Source: an uncultured archaeon (GTDB lineage: Archaea; Asgardarchaeota; Lokiarchaeia; Sigyniarchaeales; SOKP01). From it: DNA of 64,000 nucleotides. The stretch is taken from contig CAZALK010000009.1 of the NCBI GenBank assembly GCA_964486045.1, positions 96,001 to 160,000 of the forward strand, in the 5' to 3' direction. The notes beneath the pieces were generated by a model. That model made no database searches, was not told the origin of the DNA, and worked only from the letters and a program-made list of their open reading frames with translations. Every line of letters begins with the position of its first letter. Within the stretch, counting starts at the first letter, position 1. The position numbers were made by a program, and so were the translations under genes. Shown here in pieces: positions 11,541 through 22,835 of the stretch.

Positions 11541-13190
11541 TTAGAACTTAATTCTTTTTAATACTGGATATCTCCTACCAATTCCGAAGGCGCTTTCACT
11601 AACCTTAATTGTTTGAACTAATTGTCTCCGTTTGTATTCGGAATTTAGATAAAGATTTCTAACTCTATTAATTGTATTCACATCAAAACCTTGGTCCTTT
11701 AAATTCTGAAATTCAGAACCAATTCCATTTTCAATAATTTCTTCCAATATCACATCTAACACATCATATGGTGGAAGGGAATCACTATCTTTCTGATTTT
11801 CACGTAATTCAGCAGTGGGAGGTCTTTCTATTATTCCTTTAGGGATTATCTCTTTATCTCGATTTATCCAATCACATATATCATAAATTTGAACTTTTAA
11901 AAGATCCCCAGGAACATTCTTACCACCACAAGTATCACCATATAAAGTACAGTAACCCACTCCAATCTCAGATTTATTCCCGGTAGACACCAAAAGCCAA
12001 TTGAATTTGTTAGAGTAATACATTAATATATCTGCTCTAATTCTTGCTTGAAGGTTCTCATCTGCTATATCAAAACGTTGTTTTCCCATGTTTTTTTCTA
12101 TATTTTCTTCATAGATAGCAAATAAATCGCTAATAGGATGAATAACATATTTAAGATTTAAATTATCGCATAATTTTCGGGCAAGATCTATACTTTCTTT
12201 TGATGTGAATCTTGTAGGCATCATTATAGCAGTAACTCTTTTTGAACCGAGAGCTTTTGCACAGATATAGGCAGTAATAGCAGAATCAACTCCACCACTT
12301 AGGCCTAATACCACACCGACGAAGACACCACTTTTGTGATAATAATCAAAAAGGTTTAATTTCAAAGCATTTACGACATCTTCTCTCCAATCTGCTTTAG
12401 GATGCGATTCTTCAGTCGTTTGAGCTTCATTGACTAGTAACTCGAAAAAACGAATATCCTCTTCAAATGCTTTCGCTTTAAAAACAATCTGACCATATCT
12501 ATTTGTAATAAAACTTTGACCATCATAAACTATTTCGTCAAGCCCACCAACCATATTAACATATGCTATAGGTAGTGATAGTTCTTTGGATTTTCCTCTA
12601 ATTAGATCACTTCTTAATTTAAATTTGTTAATATGATAAGGTGAGGCATTAATAACAATCAAAATCTCAGCTCCATTTGCTTTTAAGTTCCTTGATACTT
12701 TCACATTATAATGTTCATCCCATATATCCTCACAAATTAATATTCCTACTTTGTATCCTTTAATTTCTACTGGTTCATATTGATTGTCAAATGAAAAATA
12801 TCTTCTCTCATCAAATACATCATAGTTTGGAAGTAATCGTTTATTTACGCTTTTAATAATTTTATTATTTTCAATAACAATAGCAGAATTATAGAACCGA
12901 TGTATTTTTCCTTCTATTTTTTTTGGTTCTGTAAATGTGCCCAAAATAATTGTTGATTCTGTCTCAATTTCCTTAATTTTTTTAATAGCTTCAAGATTTT
13001 TCTTTCTGATTAGGGGATCATGAATATGATCCATAATTGGATAACCCACAAGCGCCATTTCAGGAAATATGATGATCTCACTTTCTTGACTGTTTCTAAT
13101 TATCCCTATTATTTTATTAGCATTATACTCAATATCTCCTACAATTGGATTAATTTGAGCAATTTTGAGCTTTAAGCTTCCATTTAGCAT
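11541..13190 (-). CDS. nadE: glutamine-dependent NAD+ synthetase
   Basis: nitrilase domain (FPEMAL, LPNYDVFDERRYF, ICEDIW) plus GLSGGVDS, ENLQARIR, PPTAEL. Confidence 0.96.
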   Translation of the reverse strand: MLNGSLKLKIAQINPIVGDIEYNANKIIGIIRNSQESEIIIFPEMALVGYPIMDHIHDPLIRKKNLEAIKKIKEIETESTIILGTFTEPKKIEGKIHRFYNSAIVIENNKIIKSVNKRLLPNYDVFDERRYFSFDNQYEPVEIKGYKVGILICEDIWDEHYNVKVSRNLKANGAEILIVINASPYHINKFKLRSDLIRGKSKELSLPIAYVNMVGGLDEIVYDGQSFITNRYGQIVFKAKAFEEDIRFFELLVNEAQTTEESHPKADWREDVVNALKLNLFDYYHKSGVFVGVVLGLSGGVDSAITAYICAKALGSKRVTAIMMPTRFTSKESIDLARKLCDNLNLKYVIHPISDLFAIYEENIEKNMGKQRFDIADENLQARIRADILMYYSNKFNWLLVSTGNKSEIGVGYCTLYGDTCGGKNVPGDLLKVQIYDICDWINRDKEIIPKGIIERPPTAELRENQKDSDSLPPYDVLDVILEEIIENGIGSEFQNLKDQGFDVNTINRVRNLYLNSEYKRRQLVQTIKVSESAFGIGRRYPVLKRIKF

Positions 13191-13276
13191 TTTGAGTTCT
13201 ATATTAAATTAAATTTGATATTAATATTCTTTTCCTCTAAGAATTATAAAAAAAACCAAAAAAAATCTTAATTGTA

Positions 13277-14626
13277 TTATAATCTTATGTAGCGATTTCT
13301 TTCCCAGTCGCTTACAACAAGTCGATATGCATCAAATTCTTCTAATTTAGCATAATAATAATTCTTAAACGCAACTTCGCCAAATGTATCTTTCATTAAT
13401 TCAGATTTTTTGAATTCCGTGATTGCTTCACTTAGGCTTCCAGGTAAAGAAATAATCCCTTCTTTTTCCATTTCTTTTGATGATAAATGGTAAACATTTC
13501 TGTCTGTTGCCTCAGGAATTTCAATATCATCCGAGAGAAGTCCTTCTAACCCCGTTCTAATTAATACAGCAAATTGTAGATATGGATTGCCCGAAGGATC
13601 TGGACATCTTATCTCATTTCTAGCTGAATCAGGTTTTCCATGAAAGTCTGGTACTCTAATTAGGGGAGATCGATTTCTAAATCCCCAAGCTAGATAGACT
13701 GGAGCTTCATATCCCGGAACTAAACGCTTGTAAGAGTTAGGCCAACTACTTAATACAGCACACATAGCCCTAGCATGTTTTAATTGACCGGCCATCCATT
13801 TTTTCATTAATATAGAAATATTGTCTGCATCATTTTCATCATAGAAGATATTATTACCGCCTCTCCAAAGGGATTGGTGTACATGCATCCCAGATCCATT
13901 GATTCCATGAAAAGGCTTTGGCATAAATGTAGCAGTCATCTTATTTTGAGCTGCAACAGTTTTTACAATTGTTTTTATAGTAATTGTATTGTCTGCTGTA
14001 TCAACAGCTTTATCATATCGAAAGTCTATTTCATGCTGTCCATACGCTACCTCGTGGTGGACGCATTCGACATCAATTCCCATGGCATCGCAATATTCAG
14101 CAATAGTATATCTCATCAATTCGTTTATATCATATGGATCATAGTCGAAATATCCTCTCATATCTGAAGGTTTAAATTCTTGCGTAGTATCAGGAGTTAG
14201 TATAAAAAATTCCATTTCTGGAGCACATTGAAAAGTATAACCATGTTCTTCTGCTTTTCTTACAGCTCGTTGCAAAATATATCTTGGATCTCCTTCATAA
14301 CGTTTTCCATCTGGTGTATAAATGTCACAAATCACTCTTGCAACTTTTCTTTCTTTTCTCCATGGTAAAAGAAAAAATGTACTCGGGTCAGGTATAGCAA
14401 CTTTATCGGATTCCTCTATGGCTCCATAACCTGTAATGGAACTTCCGTCAAAGCTTTCGCCAATATCAAATATGTCTTCAATCCGTTTTGAGTTTATTTC
14501 AAAACTTTTGATTATCCCATGGATATCTGTAAATTGGAGATAGATAAATTTAATATCTTGTTCTTTTATCTTTTCAATTACAGCATCACATACCTGCTTC
14601 CTTTTTGGATCATCTTTTTCAATCAT
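13277..14626 (-). CDS. glnA: glutamine synthetase type I
   Basis: FDGSSITG, HHEVAYGQHEI, TFMPKP, NGSGMHVHQS, NSYKRLVPGYEAP. Confidence 0.97.
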   Translation of the reverse strand: MIEKDDPKRKQVCDAVIEKIKEQDIKFIYLQFTDIHGIIKSFEINSKRIEDIFDIGESFDGSSITGYGAIEESDKVAIPDPSTFFLLPWRKERKVARVICDIYTPDGKRYEGDPRYILQRAVRKAEEHGYTFQCAPEMEFFILTPDTTQEFKPSDMRGYFDYDPYDINELMRYTIAEYCDAMGIDVECVHHEVAYGQHEIDFRYDKAVDTADNTITIKTIVKTVAAQNKMTATFMPKPFHGINGSGMHVHQSLWRGGNNIFYDENDADNISILMKKWMAGQLKHARAMCAVLSSWPNSYKRLVPGYEAPVYLAWGFRNRSPLIRVPDFHGKPDSARNEIRCPDPSGNPYLQFAVLIRTGLEGLLSDDIEIPEATDRNVYHLSSKEMEKEGIISLPGSLSEAITEFKKSELMKDTFGEVAFKNYYYAKLEEFDAYRLVVSDWERNRYIRL

Positions 14627-14659
14627 AATTTTTAATCATTCTGTTTGTTTTTATCTATT

Positions 14660-15034
14660 TTATTCATAAAATAAAGAAGAATTGCTCTTATTTTTTATAT
14701 TAGGAGTGAAAAATTTTTTTGATGGAAAGACTATTGGGATGCTCTCCTTTTTTGGTTTAAATCTTCTAACAGCTTCACTATTCCAATCATAGAGATTTCT
14801 TTCATTTATTGCTAAGCTTTCTGGTTCAGGAGTTAAATCTTTAATTGATTCACTAGTTCTGCTTTTTCTAAATGCAGTAGTATCAATTCCTAAGAAGACT
14901 GAACAATTCCATTTGTGATTGGTTTTATCTCCAATATCTGCCACACCACTATAAACCGAATAATCCTCACAATCTTGACAGATTTTTCTGTCATAGTGGT
15001 ATTTTTTTCCGCATACGGGACATTTTATTTCCAT
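14660..15034 (-). CDS. Zn-ribbon protein, paralog of 23832..24332
   Basis: CPVC-x10-CQDC, HKWNC motif, C-terminal LFYE. Confidence 0.75.
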   Translation of the reverse strand: MEIKCPVCGKKYHYDRKICQDCEDYSVYSGVADIGDKTNHKWNCSVFLGIDTTAFRKSRTSESIKDLTPEPESLAINERNLYDWNSEAVRRFKPKKESIPIVFPSKKFFTPNIKNKSNSSLFYE

Positions 15035-15238
15035 AATTTCTTTTTCACAGTTATTAAGTTTTTGTTATAGTATTTTTATTAAAAGGAAAATTACTTGATT
15101 TCCCTAAGCAAATCATTTTTCACTTTTTAATAGGTTAATACTCATTTTATTTTCTTAAATACTATATGTGATCGTATATTTAAAAATATTAGTATTAACT
15201 TATTCAATTGTTAACATTTATGGGAATAAAGATTTATA

Positions 15239-15313
15239 AATGATCATTAATCTATAATAAGAGTGATCGATTGATTCAATTCATAATTTTTGTCGTGAAA
15301 AATAATGATCATT
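15239..15313. promoter_or_regulatory. two perfect AATGATCATT palindromes in a divergent promoter region
   Basis: 15239-15248 and 15304-15313; TGATC variants at 15169 and 15264. Confidence 0.4.
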
Positions 15314-15381
15314 CAGTTATTTTTCAGTCAAAGTTATGGACGAATGCATACTTTAATAATAAAGATTAGGCTATTAATAAT

Positions 15382-15879
15382 ATGACCTCAAATATGGATC
15401 TTTCTGATTTAGATATCAACATCCTCACTAAGCTGAGTGAAGATGGTCGATTCTCACTTCGTCAACTCGCAAAAGATTTGAATGTAGGTTCACCAGTAAC
15501 GATCAAGAATCATGTTGAGAGTTTGGAAAAAAAAGGGATTATTAAGAATTATGGTGCCCAAATTGATTATGAAAAATTGGGTTATACCATTATTGCACTT
15601 ATTGAAATTACGGTTTCAAAAGGTAAAATGATTGTTGTCGAAGAAAAGTTGGCCCAAAATCCAAATGTTTTTGCAGTGTATGACATCACAGGGACGTATG
15701 ATGCTCTTATTCTTGCTAGGTTTAAAACAAGAGCAGAACTTAGCGATATGATAAAGAAAGAGATTCATGCTTCCCCTAATGTTGAGCATACAAATACACA
15801 TATAATATTAAATATTATTAAAGAAGGGTGTTCTTTTACTGAATTGCTAGAAAAGGAAAAGGAAAAGGAAAACGAGTAA
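15382..15879 (+). CDS. Lrp/AsnC family transcriptional regulator
   Basis: LDINIL..L..DGR HTH; ITGTYDALI C-terminal domain. Confidence 0.93.
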   Translation: MTSNMDLSDLDINILTKLSEDGRFSLRQLAKDLNVGSPVTIKNHVESLEKKGIIKNYGAQIDYEKLGYTIIALIEITVSKGKMIVVEEKLAQNPNVFAVYDITGTYDALILARFKTRAELSDMIKKEIHASPNVEHTNTHIILNIIKEGCSFTELLEKEKEKENE

Positions 15880-15986
15880 ATACCCGTTTCACCTTTCATT
15901 GAAAACCTAGGAATTATAAAATAACCTTTTTTAAGTAATATGTCTATTCTTTATTCATAGAATATTTATGATCAAAACAAGAAAAA

Positions 15987-16322
15987 ATGGCGCTAAAAAT
16001 GAAACTAATAACACGAGAAGAACTAAAAAATAAAATAGACGCAAAAGAAGACTTCAAACTAGTTTTTACTCTTGGAGAATGGCCTTATAAAGCAATACAT
16101 ATACCTAGTTCGCTCAATATTAGCTCTCCTGAAAAAATTATAGAGCAACTCGAAAAAAATGATGAGATTATTGTTTATTGCTCATCTGAAGAATGTTATG
16201 CTAGCATTATGGCATATCATGCTCTGATGAACAATGGTTTCACCAATGTTAGGCGTTTTGCAGGTGGTTTGGAAGAATGGCAAAAAGCAGGTTATGAATT
16301 AGACGGAGAAATGGTGGCTTAA
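15987..16322 (+). CDS. rhodanese-like protein
   Basis: HIPSS, IIVYCSSEEC, FAGGLEEWQKAG. Confidence 0.88.
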   Translation: MALKMKLITREELKNKIDAKEDFKLVFTLGEWPYKAIHIPSSLNISSPEKIIEQLEKNDEIIVYCSSEECYASIMAYHALMNNGFTNVRRFAGGLEEWQKAGYELDGEMVA

Positions 16323-16526
16323 GAGTATATAACCTCATATTTCTTCCAGTGGTAGGATCAATGACTTTTTGAATTATTTCTTCTTCTTTGAGCATCTTGT
16401 ATTTTTCTCCTCTCAAATTATGTCTTAACTATAAAAATATTTAATAATCGAATCAATTTTCAATAGAAAAATTTTTGTTAAATCCAACTAAATATATCAA
16501 AATAAAAAAAATCTTGTGCTAAAAAT

Positions 16527-17855
16527 ATGGGAAAAGTTCTAGAACTTGCTGAAGATTTGTGGACAGGGAAGAAAGATACTTTTACTTATCATCCTTTCGG
16601 TATGCCACGAGGACTTGAGTTGATTGATGGTCGTGATACTAATCGGACTTGGTTTTACCGTGGCTTTTCAAATACGATTATTAGGGAAACAGATGAAGGA
16701 TTAATTATTGTAGATCCTGGTGCATTATTTGATATTAGAGAAAGATTCAGAGCCGTCAGAAAGGTATCCCAACAAAGATTAAATACTGCTATCTTCACGC
16801 ATGGTCATGTTGATCATGTTGGAATAAGGGATTATTTAAAAGAATCTAAGAAGAAAAATTGGCCACCACCTCAAGTAATTGGCCATAAATCAATGATCGA
16901 TCGTTTTAATCGATATAAATTAACTGAATCCTGGAATGGATACATAAATCTTAGACAATTCAGAGGAAATCAAGGTGAACCATTTTTTCCAACTGGTTTT
17001 TATTATCCTGATAAAACTTATGACGGAGAGTTAGCTTTAAAAATAGGAGGAGTCAATATCCAACTGAAGCATGCTAGGGGTGAAACAAACGATCATACTT
17101 GGGTTTTCTTTCCCGATAGTGGTGTATTATGTACTGGAGATTTATTTATTTGGGCGATACCAAACACCGGAAATCCACAAAAAGTCCAACGTTATGCTAA
17201 TGAATGGGCCATTGCCCTGCGAGAGATGAAAAGTAAAAATCCAAAGATATTGTGTCCGGGACATGGGGTTCCAATTATTGGGAAAGAAAGAGTAACAGAT
17301 GCATTGAACGACACTGCGTCGCTTCTGGAGTCACTTCATGAGCAGACGATTGATTTAATGAATAAAGGTGTTTCCCTTGATACTGTTATCCATAATGTTA
17401 AGGCTCCAGATGATCTACTCAAAAAACCTTATTTAAAACCGGTATATGACGAACCAGAATTCATCGTGAGGAATATTTGGAGATTGTATGGTGGCTGGTA
17501 TGATGGAACACCTTCACATCTTAAACCAGCTCCCGAACTTGCCCAAGCAAATGAAATAGCAAATCTATCTGGTGGAGCTAATAAGCTGGCGGAGAGAGCA
17601 AAAGAACTTCTAGAACAAGGAGAATTAAAATTGGCATGTCACCTTGCAGAATGGGCTTTTTTAAGTTCTCCTGATGATAGTTTTGTTCGCAAAATCGCTT
17701 CAGATGTTTTTACTACTCGTGCTAAAGCAGAAACATCCACGATGGCAATCGGGATATATTTATCTGCCGCTAGAGATATGAGAGGGGAGACTGAAAACGA
17801 ATCACTTGGTAATACCATCAAGTTTTCCCAAGATGAAAGAAGGGAAAAAAAATAA
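16527..17855 (+). CDS. MBL-fold alkyl/aryl sulfatase-like hydrolase
   Basis: THGHVDH, GETNDH, TGDLF, PGHG, YGGWYDGTP dimerisation region. Confidence 0.88.
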   Translation: MGKVLELAEDLWTGKKDTFTYHPFGMPRGLELIDGRDTNRTWFYRGFSNTIIRETDEGLIIVDPGALFDIRERFRAVRKVSQQRLNTAIFTHGHVDHVGIRDYLKESKKKNWPPPQVIGHKSMIDRFNRYKLTESWNGYINLRQFRGNQGEPFFPTGFYYPDKTYDGELALKIGGVNIQLKHARGETNDHTWVFFPDSGVLCTGDLFIWAIPNTGNPQKVQRYANEWAIALREMKSKNPKILCPGHGVPIIGKERVTDALNDTASLLESLHEQTIDLMNKGVSLDTVIHNVKAPDDLLKKPYLKPVYDEPEFIVRNIWRLYGGWYDGTPSHLKPAPELAQANEIANLSGGANKLAERAKELLEQGELKLACHLAEWAFLSSPDDSFVRKIASDVFTTRAKAETSTMAIGIYLSAARDMRGETENESLGNTIKFSQDERREKK

Positions 17856-18152
17856 AAAAATAAGTAAAAACTCGTTATTGTATAGCAATAATGAATTGTA
17901 ATGATAATTCCAATTAAGAGAATTGAAATAATTCCAACTTGTATTAGGAATCTTACTTTACCGAAATTTTCTGGGATTAGATATATTAACCGATAAATCG
18001 CAAAAGTTTTTATCCATACACAAGGTTAAGGAAGTCAAAACGGAGATAGTGTTAGACCTAATAAACCAAGATCACTCAACTTTTATTCCTGAATAATAAA
18101 AACCTTCTTTAAAAAGTAATAATCTGATAAAACACTTAAAAAATTGGAGCTA

Positions 18153-18377
18153 TCAAAGGAGTTCTCTTATATTTTTCTTTAAATCCTCGTTTTCTTTACC
18201 AAAAACGCGTAAATATGTCTCTTTCTCTTGATCTACATCAAATTTTGAAGTTATTCCACGATTTTTTAATTCCTCAAATAAATCCCATAAAGAAGCGCCA
18301 GAAATATTCGCTGCGCGTTCTAAGGTATCACCTTTTTGGTATAAATCAATAGCAACCTCTACTTTTTGTGAAAGCAT
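18153..18377 (-). CDS. UPF0175-like small HTH protein (antitoxin-like), possibly 5'-truncated
   Basis: AIDLYQKGDTLERAANISGASLWDLFEELKNRGI. Confidence 0.65.
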   Translation of the reverse strand: MLSQKVEVAIDLYQKGDTLERAANISGASLWDLFEELKNRGITSKFDVDQEKETYLRVFGKENEDLKKNIRELL

Positions 18378-18668
18378 ACAAAATCATTTTTGATTTTTGA
18401 AACCTTAAAATTCAGAAATTCATTCCTTTAATTATTTAATATTCATCTAGTTCAGTTTAAAATGTTTTCCTTTTTCTAGAAATAAAATTAAAATCACTAA
18501 AGCGTGAAAGGGTATTCATAAATTTTGACTTGGCTGGTCGTTGATGATGTGACTCCTTGGAATTTGGATAATTGCAAGAGATTTTTCCTTTAAATAAACT
18601 AAAAACCAAACTATTAAATGGTTTAGAAGTAAAAATACTATTGTAGATAAGATAAAAAACCTATCCAT

Positions 18669-18784
18669 GACTCCTACCAAGCACCCTGGATTTTTGTCTT
18701 TTGGCAGTGTAAGCACTTACACTCTAATTTAATCTTTACCTATATTGTCTTTAACCTTGGTTTTAGGTCTCGCTGGTAGGAGTC
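18669..18784. repeat. 116-bp element with 11-bp terminal inverted repeats and an internal hairpin
   Basis: GACTCCTACCA (18669-18679) / TGGTAGGAGTC (18774-18784); internal AGTGTAA-GCAC-TTACACT. Confidence 0.5.
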
Positions 18785-19074
18785 GCTCTTAGATATTGTT
18801 ATCCTCAAGATTCTAATTCAAGAGAAAAAGTTTACTATACAAATTGATGAAACTGAGGAACTAATGATAATTACAATTGTTACCATGAAATTCTGATCCT
18901 TTGAATAATTTCCCACAGAACCAGAAATATAATCCCGGGTAATTAAAATAAGTCTCGTTTTCTATACATTGTTTATGTTTTTAATTATATTTTTATGTAA
19001 AATTTACCTAATTTAATTTATTACCAGCGATATAAGGTATTAGATTAATCATTTATAAGTTAGAGCAAAATAAA

Positions 19075-20940
19075 ATGTCAGAGTCAATATCCGGACAAAT
19101 TGAATAAGGTTATATTCTACTCAATGAAGGAAAAATCGACCAAGCTTTCCAAATAGTACTCGAAACAGAAAACCAAGAGAGCTTAACACCTGGTGAAATG
19201 TTACAAAATCAATTACTTAAAGGAACACTTTTACTTTTTCTGGGGAAGTTGGAAGAAGCTATTAAAATAGGAGAGAAAGCCTTCCAGGAGAGTGAGGCTC
19301 TAAACAACCCATGCCAATCAATTGAAGCTATTCTCCTGAAATTTGGAGCCTTATATAACCTTGGTAGATTCGATGAAGCATTGGGAGATATTAATTATAG
19401 TAAAAAATTACTCAAAAGTAATTATAGGTGGACTTCATCTGAATTAGAAAAATGTAAAGCTATGGTTGCTTTCATGAAGGGCTCTATTCATCATCAAAGG
19501 CACGAACTAGATCTTGCATTAAAAAATCTCATGAAAAGTTTAGCTTTATTAGAAAATTCTAAGTTATATTCCTTTATGATTCCGCAGCTGTTAGTTTTCA
19601 TTGGTGACACTTATCATTGGAAAGGGGAAGTGGAAGAAGCTCGCCAATCTCACGAAAGAGCCTTGACACTTTTAAAAGGTACTAGTCCACTCATTAAAAT
19701 AATGATCGCAACTTCTCATTATGGTCTTGGTGTAATGCATCATCAACAGGGTAAACCAGATTTAGCATTAGAAAAATATAAAAAAAGTCTAAATATTTTC
19801 GAAAAGCATTGGATACCTTTTTACGTTGGTGCAGTTTACGATCGCATTATTATAGTTTACCTTGATCAGAACGATTGTGAACAAGCAAGAAATTACTTAA
19901 CTCGATTTCAGCAGTTCAATGAACAAATTAGTAATTTGAATAATAAAATCGTCTATGACACTAATTTCTATGAATTATCACGAGCAAGAATATTAAAGTC
20001 AAGTACTCGAACCCGAGATCGGGCAAAAGCTGAAAAAATTTTAAAAGGTCTAATTAAAAGAGAAATGAATATAAACTCTCCAATAAAATTCTTCTTGCGG
20101 GGGCAAGTTCAATTAGCCTTAGTAGTACTCTGTGAATTATATTTTACAGAGTTACATCTCACAAACGATTTGAGAATTCTTGATGATATTGAACCTCTAA
20201 TTGAAAAATTGACTAAAGAAGCAGAACGATCAAGTTCTAGTTTTCTATTAGCTAATGTTTACTTATTACAAGGTAAAATTGCTTTGCTTCGAATGAATAT
20301 GGGGGAGGCTCGGCGCTATTTAACACAAGCTCAGCATATTGCAGAACCTAAAGGTCTTCAGTTGCTAGCCAAAGCTATATCACGAAATCATGATAAGCTT
20401 TTGGACCAGTTGGATGAATGGGAGAACCTTAAAAAGAAAAAAGCTTCAATATCAGAACGCATGGATTTAGCCCTAGTTGATGAAACAATTGATCAGATAC
20501 AAGGAAGGCGCAATATTGAAGATTTAGAGATCAAGGATGAAGACTCGGTTCTACTAATGATATTAACTGAGGGAGGTTCGTTATTGTTTTCTTATCCTTT
20601 CGCTAAAGAATGGAAAATGGATGAAGATCTCCTTGGAAGTTTCCTGTCTGCATTCACTTCATTTAGTGAGGAATTTTTTTCGCAGGAACTGGACAGAGCT
20701 AAGTTTGGCAAATTCACCGTTCTCATAAAATCTCTCTTCAATTTTACCGTTTGCTACTTATTTAAGGGTCAGTCTTATCTGGCAATAAAAAAACTCGCAA
20801 AGTTCGTTAAGATCATCAGCGAGAATGATTCCGTCATCGAGACCTTCCGGAAATTTCAAAACACTAACCAGTTATTGGAAATCAGCGATTACCCGTTTCT
20901 CAAATCGTTCATCACTGAACTTTTTGTAAAAAATGAGTGA
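19075..20940 (+). pseudogene. TPR protein with C-terminal longin-like domain; premature TAA at codon 11
   Basis: ATG 19075 is in frame with ORF 19198: MSESISGQIE*GYILLNEGKIDQAF (TAA 19105-19107). TPR repeats; C-terminal EGGSLLFS...LLGSFLSAFTSFSEEFFS..LDRAKFG. Confidence 0.7.
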
Positions 20941-21291
20941 AAAATCAACTTGAATCAATTTGCTCATAGAAAGTAAATCTATTTATGTAATACCAACACT
21001 ATGATAATTCAGATCCTAAATCTTAAATATAAAAGTTGCTGAATATGAGTTAAAAAAGACATAAAGAATCATGAACAGAGATAAAACGCAGGAAAAAGAA
21101 AGAGAACATGCTGAGAATGAGATAAATTTTTATGATATCATGTTAGAAGCTATCAAATTCGGACTGTTGAATTATATTGAATATTATTAAAGAAAAAATT
21201 CCCTGTCAAATTAATAAATACAGAATAGATAGAGAATCTTAAAAATAGCTTTTCTGATAATTTATGTGCCTAAAATTTTAATTCCTTATTT

Positions 21292-21648
21292 TTGACGTTT
21301 TTTATTTATAATAATTTACCAAATCCTACTCATTTGTACCATTTTAAAATTAATTTTGTTCGAATATATGCAGATCATAACTTCATTCCAGAAGGTAAAA
21401 ATGGTCTAGAATTAACTATCAGACCCAGATTTCAAGAAAAGAAGGAACCTTTGAAAGTTATGGTGGATGGGAGATGTCCTTATTGTAATGGTAATAAATA
21501 TAGGAAAATAAATAAAGGTTTAATAGAAATCACAAACCAAGAAACATCAGAAAAATCCTATATCTTCGAGTATTATGAAAATTTGCTATATTGTCAAAAT
21601 CCCGAATGTCGTGAAAAATTTTTGTTAAAAAAGACTTCTGAAAGTTAA
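21292..21648 (+). CDS. Zn-ribbon protein or gene fragment
   Basis: CPYC...CQNPEC; TTG start doubtful. Confidence 0.4.
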   Translation: MTFFIYNNLPNPTHLYHFKINFVRIYADHNFIPEGKNGLELTIRPRFQEKKEPLKVMVDGRCPYCNGNKYRKINKGLIEITNQETSEKSYIFEYYENLLYCQNPECREKFLLKKTSES

Positions 21649-21657
21649 AAATGTAGA

Positions 21658-22296
21658 TTGTTGACAGAAGCTCAAAATAATGCCGAGGATCATGGCTTAA
21701 GATTATTATCTCAAAAGATCTCAATAGAACATGATAACTTACTGGGAAAATCAGAAGTTTGGCAAACTCTTAAGAACAATAAGGCCCCAATTTCAGATCG
21801 TATTAAATTGGCTTCCATTGATGGCGTTATTGGCCGATTACAAGGGAGTCGTGCGGTAGATCCTCCTGATATAATTGATGAGCAACCTACACTAATTTTA
21901 ATCATAGCTGAGGGGGGATCACTTTTGTTTTCTCATAAGTTTGTAGAAGAATTTTCATATGAAGAAGATGTAATCAGTGGTTTTTTAACCGCTTTTAGCA
22001 CCTTTAGTGGAGAAATTTTTTCCAAGGGACTCGATAGAGCCAAATTTGGCGAAGATACTATACTAATGGAATCAGTTGGCCAATTTTCTGTTTGCTATCT
22101 ATTTAAAGGGCAAACATATCCAGCAATGCAAAAACTAAGTCAGTTTAAAGGAAAAATTGAAAACTCAACCCCTATATTGCAAACGCTTGAGAAGTTTTAT
22201 AACACAAGCCAAGTTCTTGAATTAAAGGATGATCCTTTACTTAAGTCGTTAATAGATGAGATATTTATTAGGAAAAGCGTTAAATTAAATGTTTAA
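21658..22296 (+). pseudogene. 5'-truncated paralog of the TPR-longin gene
   Basis: starts mid-domain (LTEAQ vs LTQAQ) and aligns to the C-terminal ~210 aa of 19198..20940. Confidence 0.75.
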
Positions 22297-22520
22297 ATAA
22301 CTCAAAGAATTCTCTTTTTCTCAATCTTCATTTTATTTAATTTCAAAACTCTTAGGAATTGTCCCTATGCCTATTGAAAAGATTTTCAATTTAAGATTTT
22401 AAGATTTATGAAAAGAATTTATCCCATACTTCTTGTAGGCTGAACTCGATAAATAACCTTTTCACTATTTTTAATTTAATAGGGTAAATATATTTAATAA
22501 ATATGAACAATACCTATTGA

Positions 22521-22835
22521 GTGAAAAACATGAAAGTTTTAAGTAAAGAAGAGATATTCAAGCTTCTTAAGCAACATAAAGAAGAATTAAAAAAGTATTT
22601 TGTAAGAAAGATTGGAATTTTTGGCTCCGTTTTGAGAGGAGATAATACTAATGAGAGTGATATCGATTTTATAGTTGAGTTTGAGGTTGGAAAAAAAAAT
22701 TATGATAATTTTATCGAATTGGCCTTTTTATTAGAACGTCTTTTGCAGAGAAAAGTAGAATTACTCACGACTGAAGCTCTCAGTCCTTATATGAAGCCTA
22801 AGATTCTAAAGGAGGCTTATTTTGAATCAATCTAA
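22521..22835 (+). CDS. MNT minimal nucleotidyltransferase (MntA-type antitoxin)
   Basis: GIFGSVLRGDNTNESDIDF (GSx10DxD). Confidence 0.9.
   Translation: MKNMKVLSKEEIFKLLKQHKEELKKYFVRKIGIFGSVLRGDNTNESDIDFIVEFEVGKKNYDNFIELAFLLERLLQRKVELLTTEALSPYMKPKILKEAYFESI

Noticed and set aside
16319-16395. Minus-strand MLKEEEIIQKVIDPTTGRNMRLYTL, resembling a winged-helix wing
   Set aside because: Too short and runs into the rhodanese gene; at best a relic.
18516-18716. 66-aa minus-strand ORF
   Set aside because: No motif, overlaps the inverted-repeat element, lies in decayed DNA.
19081-19122. Possible BHB intron removing the premature TAA in the TPR gene
   Set aside because: The hairpin has a 1x2 internal loop and a 2-nt bulge, not BHB geometry, and the protein reads naturally without a deletion.
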